Below are positions 54,214-64,000 of a stretch of 64,000 bases of DNA, in pieces (position 1 is the stretch's first letter; each line of letters starts with the position of its first letter). The stretch comes from Octopus vulgaris (lineage: Eukaryota), in contig OX597821.1 of the NCBI GenBank assembly GCA_951406725.2, forward strand, positions 29,822,001 to 29,886,000, given 5' to 3'. The notes beneath the pieces are model-generated. The model ran no database searches, had not been told where the DNA came from, and worked only from the letters and a program-made list of their open reading frames with translations. A program made the translations under genes and the position numbers.

Positions 54214-57200
54214 CCTACCTACCTATCTACCTATCTATATGTCTGTCTGTCTTTCTGTCTGTCTGTCTGTCAGTCTGTGGATCTATTTATCTCTCTCTCT
54301 CTCTCTCTGTTTATATACCTGTTTATGTCACTATATAAATCTGTTTACATGTGTATACATACATATAGTTTGATATATAGCTCCTGTCTCTTTCACTCTC
54401 TGTTCCCTCTTTCTCTCTCTATATATATATATATTTATGTGTGTGTGTATACATGTACGTATTAATGTATGTATGTATGTAGATATATAAGGAGAGAGAA
54501 AGCGAGGGAAAAGCTGGTTATGAACGTCAACAACTGAGATACGCACGTGTGTGTACGAGTTTGTGTAGATGTTTTCGTATAGCTGAGTGATTTGTTTTTT
54601 TATTTTGAATGAAACATATCTTTCTCTCCTTTTTTTTTCTCTCTCTCTTTCTCTTTCTTTCTATCGTTATCTTTGTCTCTCACCTTGATGTTTTTTTTTC
54701 TATCTCAAGAATCACAGCAATTTCTAGTAGCTGTGAAATTGATATTAAGTGTACAACATTTCATATTACACCGTACAAAAATATCATGTGATACGACAAA
54801 CTAATTTAAGCAACGTGACCTTATTGGCTTCTGTTTTGTTTTCTTGTATAAGATGTTTTTCATTTGATACATCGATTTTGCAGTTTGGCTATGTAAGAAC
54901 ATTGGAAAGATGTGCATAGCCAAGTTCAATAATTGAAAGATCGAAGTTTCGTGTTCAGCGACCTTCAATGTGTTGTATCCTTGGTTGAAATGCTTAACTT
55001 TCAATGACCAGGTTGAACTTAAGATAACACAAGCTGACGTTGTTATGGCCCTGGGTCAATTCTGATTGAATAAACATATGATGAAATGTATTCTGTTTTT
55101 CATTATTTTACCTATTGTATTTTGCACAGTTTTTCCTATTTTCTCCTTTCTTTTATAAGACAGAAACGTGCAATTTGTAGGAGATTTGGCTTTCTTTTTC
55201 TGGCGCATTTGAGCAACCACATACAGTCTTCTTCAATGGCTTGTTGAGACATTTCTTCGGGCTTGGATACACTTCATTTCTATGAGCTTCGATAGCAGTG
55301 AAATCTGCTCATGTATTTCGTTTACCATTTTGAGATCGAATATATTTAAAAGATTGCGAAAGAGTAACAAGGAAGCGCGCTGGAAACTTTTACGACTTAA
55401 TTCTTTCATGGGAGATTTGGTCCCCATTAGTGTTCAGAGGAAACAAATAATTTTCAAAACTAACCAGTTAACATTATGAAATAACAGCCCTGCAAGATGA
55501 TTCTGTTATCTATTTTCGATTTCATGTTGAATACATTTCCTTTTACTTATATAGTATTTATCATAGAAGGAATAAAACGATACAAAATCACATCAATGTG
55601 GTTTATGCCAATTGTAACCTAAATTAAAACTACCTTGGTCGAACAAAATGGTGCACCACAAAGATGCTTATCTCATTGAGATGAGTCTAATAAAGATTTT
55701 AATTTCCCATTAAATCACTTGGTTTCATTTACATTACTTAAATATCACAATTTCAGGTTTATCTTTACCCACAAATCTCCAAGATTGCAAAAAAATGATC
55801 ATGAATGGTGAAGCATTCGTGAAAACGTCACTAATATATTATGATACTGAACAGAATCTCCAAAACATACTTTACAAGAAATTAAAACATTCCTAGATTT
55901 TGAACTTTTTTTTACAATAAGTATTTCCACCAAAGAAAAAATAACACCATCAATGGTATTGGCTACTATCTGACAATGTTAAGTTTGTAGCTTGAAGTTG
56001 TTGATGTTAGGGTTGTTCAGATTTTAAAAGTTGGCGTCATTTCGTTCATGACAATCTCATCATTTTAAAACTGAAATATAGGATATGTAAAACAAAATTA
56101 TTCAATGTACCTTAAAGAATTTAGGGTGTAATTTGAGGAATACATGGCTTCAGTTTCTTACCGATACACAGGCCTCCTCATGCAGCAAATAGAAAAAGGA
56201 AATAGGTATTTAGGGAATGAAAATAATGCTAAAAATTATGATACAATTCTCATGATTTACATCTTGTGTATAAAAACCAATTTACTGTTTGATATCCTGG
56301 TGTGTGGTAGATAGTAAACAATTATGGGAAAGATGTTGTTTATTCCAAGGTTATACCTAATGGAATCAATCTTTGATCAACAGCATTTTAGCCGAGATAA
56401 TTTTGTCACCTTTCAAACATTTTCAGAAGTCTAGCTGGTATTTCTGGCAGATTCCCCCCAACTACAAAGATACTCTCCATTTGGTTGACGTTAAATCTAA
56501 GTTTGGGAACTCTGATAGATTCTGACGTGATTAAGTTTAGACTATGAATTTACAATTTGTTGATAATCATACGTTTATTTTGCAGTTCAGTTTTGAGTAA
56601 TAGAATTGAAGGTGGGGTTGCTTTGTTAATACTTTTATATTGATCAAATACTACACTAATCCTCATTCCAGGCAGGGTAACCAGCTTAATACTATGTTAA
56701 ACTGGCAACTTCTCCCTGTGGAGAAGCAGAGTTTATCGCACCTGAAGTACTTTCCATCTTGATTAATGATTCTGTTTGTCATTGCGTTACTTAGCCCGTC
56801 GGTAACGCTTTCACGTGATTAGAGAAAAAGGTAAAGAAAGAAAAGTGGGAGAGAGAAGAGTCCACGACGTGAGGTAGAGAGACTGTAATTGTAACGCTTT
56901 CACGCGATTCTTGAAGGAAAAGAGGGGAGAAAGGGAAAGGAGAGAGAAAAAGAGGATATGGCAAAGAGTGAGACAGAAAAAGGGAGAAGGAAAAAGAGGG
57001 AGAGAGAAGCGTCCATGGCGTGAGGTAGGGGAACATAATATTTATTATGTGGGTTAAAAACGTTAGTTGAAAGTACAGAAGGCGAGTTAAAAATATAATT
57101 TTAGAAGAGGGGTGATGTTCTGATAGTGAGGTCAAAGAAAGGCTCAGAGAGCGAGAGAGAGGGTGAAGGAGAAAGAGAAAGAGGAAGGAGAGAGGGAGAG

Positions 57201-57904
57201 ATAGACAGAAAAGAGAGAAATGATAGTGAAGGTTGCAGCGCTGGAGATGATGGTGGTGGTGGTGGTGGTGTTAGTGTTGGTGGTGGTGGTGGTGGTAGTG
57301 GTGGTGATTGAATAGTGAAAAGTGTACTTTTTAAAATTGAACTAAGTTTTTTTTATATCACCTATCACTTAACGCATGTGTATAAGTGCAATTCCGTGAA
57401 TTATTCACGCCCATTTATATGGTAGATATGTAATTTAACTAAAGGTTGTATCATATGTAAGGGTTAATTTGTTTTGTTTATGGGAAATATGGAAAAATAT
57501 GAGTGAATATTTATTTTACGAGCGCTGTGTATTAAGTCTATAAAATTTTGCATAATATATATAAAGCGTATATATAAAATGCATTAAGTAATCATCGGGT
57601 TCCAATTTCTTTCACTTTTTAATGAGTAGCAGATGAGCAACTATCTTTCTATAGAGACACAACACAAGTTACGCTTTCAGTTTTTTTTGGATAAAGTTTT
57701 CATAAATAATCCAATAGGTTTACCATTAATTCTGTGAAATATTCACGAGTCCCTCTAGTCTTAATTAATGATGGAGAGTATCTAATAATAGGCTAAAGAA
57801 AAATTTCCGCATCTCAGATGCGCCTGTGAAAGACTACTCTTCACTTCTCCCTCGTCTTGCACCGGATCGTAAAACTATATTCTTATCCGGGATAAAATAC
57901 AGTG

Positions 57905-58093
57905 AGAGTTTACGAAAAAGACATAAGACGAGGACGGGTGGTGTACAAAGCAAACAGATGTATTTGTATAACGCTCAGGAATAGAAAAAAGTATTTTAGG
58001 TTTCGAGCCTACGCTCTTCTACAGAAAGAGACACAGAAAAAACAAGGAGAGAAAAAAATGTGTGTAGTGGCTAACGATCTATCATGGCGACTG
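57905..58093 (-). mobile_element. Penelope-type short element with hammerhead-like motif and 9-bp TSD
   Basis: Minus strand CUGUAGA-A-GAGC guag GCUC-GAAAC at 57994-58028. TSD aatacagtg at 57896-57904 and 58094-58102. Related to 40060-40260. Confidence 0.7.
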
Positions 58094-58349
58094 AATACAG
58101 TGTTGGTTACAAAGCTGGAACTAGCAACCTTCCCAGTCCTTTTCAGATACAAACTTTTGCTAGCAATCTGGATCATATCCACCCCGATGTAGCATCACTT
58201 ATAGAAGTATAGTGTTAAACGCATAAAAAATATTATGTGTAGCAGACAAAGATCGTCCAGCAGCGTTGGTAGTATTGGTGAATGCATATTTCTGTCTCGT
58301 TGAGATTCGTCAGTAGCAACTAACTACTGGTAAAAGCATGCTGAGTTAA

Positions 58350-58696
58350 TTCTGTTGTGTCTGGGGAGAGTCAATCTCTTTTAGTGCCTTATAATTTAAC
58401 ACACTCACCGATAAAATTTCCACTAATTTATATTTTCTAAAATTTTCGTTGCGTATTGCAACCGTTTCAATAGTCTTGACTCTGTCCGTTATTTACACTG
58501 CATTCCCTTTTGTTTGTTTGAAAAGGTCGCAACACGCAACGAAAATTTTGGAAAATAAAAATAAGGGGAAATTTTACCGGTGAGTGTGTTAAATTATAAG
58601 GCACTAAAAGAGAATGACTCTCCCCAGACACAACAGAATATGCTTCAACACACGAACTCATATAAAGAATCTTGCAAACCAAATCCAAAACCGAAA
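58350..58696 (+). mobile_element. Foldback retroelement fragment with 13-bp TSD
   Basis: ~120-bp inverted arms; TSD catgctgagttaa at 58337-58349 and 58697-58709. Confidence 0.85.
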
Positions 58697-59898
58697 CATG
58701 CTGAGTTAAGATTCTCCATTATCGATGTTGTAAAATAGTGTGCTGTTACTCTTGTTGTTTAGCACCGGATTATCCATCTTGATTCAAAAGATCAATGCTG
58801 AAAGGCATTCAAACCGTAACGATTGAGTCTTTCTTTGGTTTCATGCACGGTGTATCTAGGACTACGCTAACCAAATTTGTCATTTAGATCTTTCAAGACT
58901 ATAATATATGAGTACAAACAGATATTGGGATAATGGCGTTTATCGATAAACAGAGTTGTTGTTCTTGTTGCTGCTGTTATCGCTCTCGTTGGTGATATAG
59001 TTGTTCTTTTGGCATCAAGTCAGGCTTGATCTAACACACTTCACACTAAATAATCATTCTGACCTTGATCATTCTTCCTCGACCAGCTTTCTTTAGTTTT
59101 ATGCAGAGTGTTTCTAGAAGTACATTATAAAATATATCCTTCCGTTTTTAATGCAAGAAAACGTGTTTTGGAAGATGGTTGTCAGGTATATCTAGTTGCT
59201 CACGAGACTCTGTTAAAAGCTAACTGTAACAGGGAGTGCTGAGGGATATGTAATTACTTTCTTACTTTGTTATAAGACCATATGCTTATATGATCGAGAA
59301 GAACTACATTACGTAACTAACCAACCCTTCTTACGGATATTGCTAGCATATGTCAATGAGAGCTGTTATAAGTAAAAGAAAATCTCCCATTTCACTGAAA
59401 GCGTTTCATGGTCATCGTAAGGAAACTGCGTCAGTTCTGATGTTTATGTAACAGTTGGAAGTAAAAACAAACTGATATTGCTTATATCTTTCTTAAAATT
59501 ATTGCATATCTCAAATAAAGAGGTGCATTTGATGGATGATGAGTAAGTGGAGCAGTAAAACATAACAGAAAAAGAATGGGTAAACCGCTTCTGAAGAAGA
59601 TAAACTTTGCAACTGTCTGAATTTGCTGCACCTCAAAAACCAATTTCTTTCTTGCAGCAATAAGGATATCGATTAAATTAACACACCATATATATATATA
59701 TATAGTATGTATATATACTAACAGATATATAGATATAGATAGATAGACACATAGAGAGATGCTTAGATAGAAATATATGTAGAGGTATCTATATGTGTAT
59801 GTATTTTTTCTGAAGATGAAAAACATTTGTGTGAAGTATTTCTTCAATCACTTGAGAATGTCCGTGTGTGTGTGTATATACATACATACATACATATA

Positions 59899-59958
<60 letters not shown>

Positions 59959-60002
59959 TATATGTATATATATGTATATATATATATATACATATATGTA
60001 TA

Positions 60003-60034
<32 letters not shown>

Positions 60035-60720
60035 CACAAGTATATACACATACATATAAATATACCTGTATATACACATCTATCTATCTATCTATCTATC
60101 TATCAATATATATATATATATATATTCCTATACATACACATGCATACATTCATTCACATACACGCACACACAGACACGATTATACGTATACATACATCAT
60201 ACATGTACATACATATGCATTTGCACGTATTTTAGTTTAAAGAAGAATTATTATTGCATAGATGTCGGATTGAAAATATAGAAAACAGTCAGGTCAGACC
60301 ATTTCTCTTCTTTATTAAGTTATTCAGGTCAAAATCAAAGACGAATATTCTGGAAATATTTCGTTTCCCACTTTATTAGTTTTAGTTTTTGGTAGTGGTG
60401 AAGGATGGTCTGATGTGGAAAGGGGTTCTTCTATAGCCATTTTATTTAATTTTTACTTCGTTTATTGTTTTTCACGTGTTACAAAGTAATAAGAAACAAT
60501 TGTGAATTCTGCAGTTCTTTATGGTTTCATGTCCTTTTTTTTTTCTCTCGCTGTTTTTTTTTTATTCTCTTTGAATTTTTATTTTGGCTTTCATTTACTT
60601 TAGTATCTCTCACAAACAATATTTTTCTTTAACCGTAAATCATAAAACTATATGTCCGTGTATGTTTGTGAATGTATAATTATAAGTGTGTGTGTGTGTG
60701 CATGTGCGTGATAATACGTT

Positions 60721-60773
<53 letters not shown>

Positions 60774-60937
60774 CATATATATCATATCATATATATATAT
60801 ATATATATACATAAAATACATAGTCATGTATACATATCCATACATATGCATATATGCATATATATGTATGTGCTTTTTTGTTTGTAAATGTATGATTATA
60901 AATGAGTGCGTCTGTTTTTATATATGTATATATATAC

Positions 60938-61010
<73 letters not shown>

Positions 61011-61340
61011 TTACATATATATCATAAATATATGTATATTTATATATATATATATATACATAGACATGTATACATATCCATACATATGTATATATGCATA
61101 TATATATGTCGGTGCTTTTCTGTGTTTGCATGTATGCGTTTATGCATGTGCGTGTGTAATTGTATACGCGCGCACACACACACACTGACACACGTACTCT
61201 CGGCCCCTCTCTGATATACAGCGTGTTCTTTTATCCTTCTGTATATGTATAAGGTGCGTGCGTGGAATTTTGTCTGAAGGTGATAAATATGTGTCTGTAA
61301 AAGCTAGTCAGTGTGAGAAAAAGTGAGAAAGGGAGAGCGC

Positions 61341-61375
<35 letters not shown>

Positions 61376-61488
61376 TGAGCGAGGGAGAGAGAGAGAAAGA
61401 GGGAGAGACATATAGAGTGATAGAGAGAAGGGAAAGAGAGGGGGAGAGCAAAGGTAAAATATATGTGAGTAGGTTTGTTTATGTGCCT

Positions 61489-61564
<76 letters not shown>

Positions 61565-61847
61565 GTATGTATGTATGTATAATGTGTGTATGTGTGCGTA
61601 TGTATGTATGCGCGTGTGTCTGAGTGATTTACGCTTTATGGTATGTTTCTCATCGAATATGTCCTTAACATTTTAGAACAAACCGTTTCGGAGAAATATT
61701 TCTGTTTCTTTTCTGACAGTTAAGTGTTCTGAGACACACGGCCACACACACACGCACACACATGCACACACGCACACGCACACATACAAATGCATACACA
61801 AATACCCACACATACGCACATACGCGAAAACACACAGAAACACACAT

Positions 61848-61878
<31 letters not shown>

Positions 61879-62595
61879 CTATGTGTGGACCTTTCAGGAA
61901 TATTTGTGTATATATTATATATGCACACGCACACACACACACATTCACATACAGATACGCATGTATATACATACATACATACATACACACATTCACATAC
62001 TGACACGCATGTATATACAAACATACATACATACATACACACATTCACATACAGACACGCATGTATATACATACATACATATATACATACATACAAACAC
62101 ATATACATACACACACATGTACATAGATCAAATACATGAACTAATTATATATATATAGGAAAAATGTCTCGCCTTGCTCTAAAACAATTTCGGAGCTACC
62201 CTTGGGAGATTATTTGAAACTAACCATCGAATAATCACGATTTTGACCTATTTTGTGTGCAATGTTCATTGAAGGGAGAACCGCGTAGGCTGTTTTAGTT
62301 AGTCTGTACATATCAGTCAATAGTGAGGAAAAAAATCACGTGATGGAGTATATGTAGCAATAAATGAACATCGAAAATACCTCTGAACATTATGGAGGGC
62401 ATAAGTTAATTAATTATAAATAAGAAAATATTTCTAATTTTGTTCTAATGCAATTTGGGAGTTATAACACCCTAGAGAGATTATGAGAGTATAACAACCA
62501 AATCGTCATGATATCAGCCTATTGGGTATTGTCGGTCCCAGTGTATTATAGAACACATGATGTCTCTTTATCAGATTCATGTGTGTTTGCTTATG

Positions 62596-62627
<32 letters not shown>

Positions 62628-63387
62628 TTAAATCGTTGATAGGAAACTGGAGTAAATTTGGCAATTAATGCATAACGAATGCTGTATATCACCAAGTATT
62701 CGTTCTAGCTTCTATGGCAATACATTATATCGGAATTTAGGAGTAATATATTAAAGATTGCAATAAATTTGCACTCCAGTGAGCTCACACATATCGACAT
62801 CAGAATAGGACTCGTATGACCTGCATAAACCTTATGACATCCTAACTCCGCCTTGAGTTCCTGTTCTCCCTCTTAAGAAAATGTCTTTGTGCATACATCA
62901 AAACTGTGCCATTCCTCTTATAAAGAATACCATTCTTTGATCTCTTTTAGTCGGTGCAATCTGATTTGAGGCGATTTTAAAGCCCATGTTTCTTGATCCC
63001 GAGGACACGTTTGTGAAGGCTAAGAATGTACTAAGCGAATTGTTTGTATTCTTCTATTAAAAAATAGTTCGGGCTGAGACAGAAGGTAGCATCAAAAATT
63101 TTGCATATTGTATTAAAGTGAATCGACAGTATTTAGAAGCGACGAATTTAACTCGCAGCAGACCGTTGCATTCTAGCGCACGCACAATTCGATATTAGAA
63201 TGTACGACAAGCAGCGTGGTGAGGGCTTCTAAGAATGTAGGTGGTCCTTGGTGTATGCTTTAAATTGGTGTGGATGATGTTCAGCATAAGTTGCAGTAGT
63301 TCGGTGTCTGCATAGTAAACAGAGATAGCAATGGAGTTCCATAATGAAATTTATTTCTGCTATATCTAATACCTATATTATAAATGC

Positions 63388-63776
63388 AGTGGAGGTGCAA
63401 TGCCCAAGTGGTTAGGGCAGCGGACTCGCGGTCATAGGATCGCGATTTCGATTCCCAGACCGGGCGTTGTGAGTGTTTTTTGAGCGAAAACACCTAAAGC
63501 TCCACGAGGCTCCGGCAGGGAATGGTGGTGATCCCTGCTGTACTCTTTCACCACAACTTTCTCTCACTCTTACTTCCTGTTTCTGTTGTACCTGTATTTC
63601 AAAGGGCCGGCCTTGTCACTCTCTGTGTCACGCTGAATATCCCCGAGAACTACGTTAAGGGTACACGTGTCTGTGGAGTGCTCAGCCACTTACACGTTAA
63701 TTTCACGAGCAGGCTGTTCCGTTGATTCGGATCCACCGGAACCCTCGTCGTCGTAACAGACGGAGTGCTTCCATCC
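63388..63776 (+). mobile_element. SINE family B, fourth 3' tail, 11-bp TSD
   Basis: TSD attataaatgc at 63377-63387 and 63777-63787. Confidence 0.93.
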
Positions 63777-64000
63777 ATTATAAATGCTAAATCTAATAAC
63801 TGTAGAATACGGAGCCAGGGAGTGTGATGCCTTAGTCACGCGTAGGGCAGCGGAAGTAGATGATTCGGATGTATTTTGGCGGAGGTGCGATATTCATGCT
63901 AAATTGAGACAAGTTGAAATCATTATAGGGGTTAGCGAAAGGAAAAAGCATAGACATTCTACAACATATAGGTGGACCCATATTTGAAACACTCGCTTAT

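Overview
AT-rich, microsatellite-saturated eukaryotic DNA. It is almost certainly a coleoid cephalopod (Octopus-like), inferred from the SINE and repeat repertoire and the 5S sequence. No confidently identifiable host gene is present, and nearly all ORFs in the track are simple-repeat artefacts. The window is a transposon graveyard. It holds Tc1/mariner relics, a Dong/R4 LINE 3' part inside a (TAA)n array, RTE, CR1 and L1/Tx1 fragments, a Penelope-like element (RT + GIY-YIG), four families of tRNA-head SINEs and a 5S rRNA copy. Five things stand out. (1) About a dozen minimal hammerhead-ribozyme-like motifs occur in short Penelope-type foldback elements whose inversion junctions fall at or next to the ribozyme core. 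(2) A 5S rRNA + tRNA-SINE chimera was inserted as one unit with a single TSD. (3) A Tx1-like fragment is inserted into a SINE tRNA head with a 7-bp TSD. (4) A decayed ~10-kb nested inverted duplication spans 39.8-50.2 kb. (5) There is a speculative two-exon minus-strand membrane-protein gene. All calls were made by eye, and boundaries are approximate unless a TSD or splice site is quoted.
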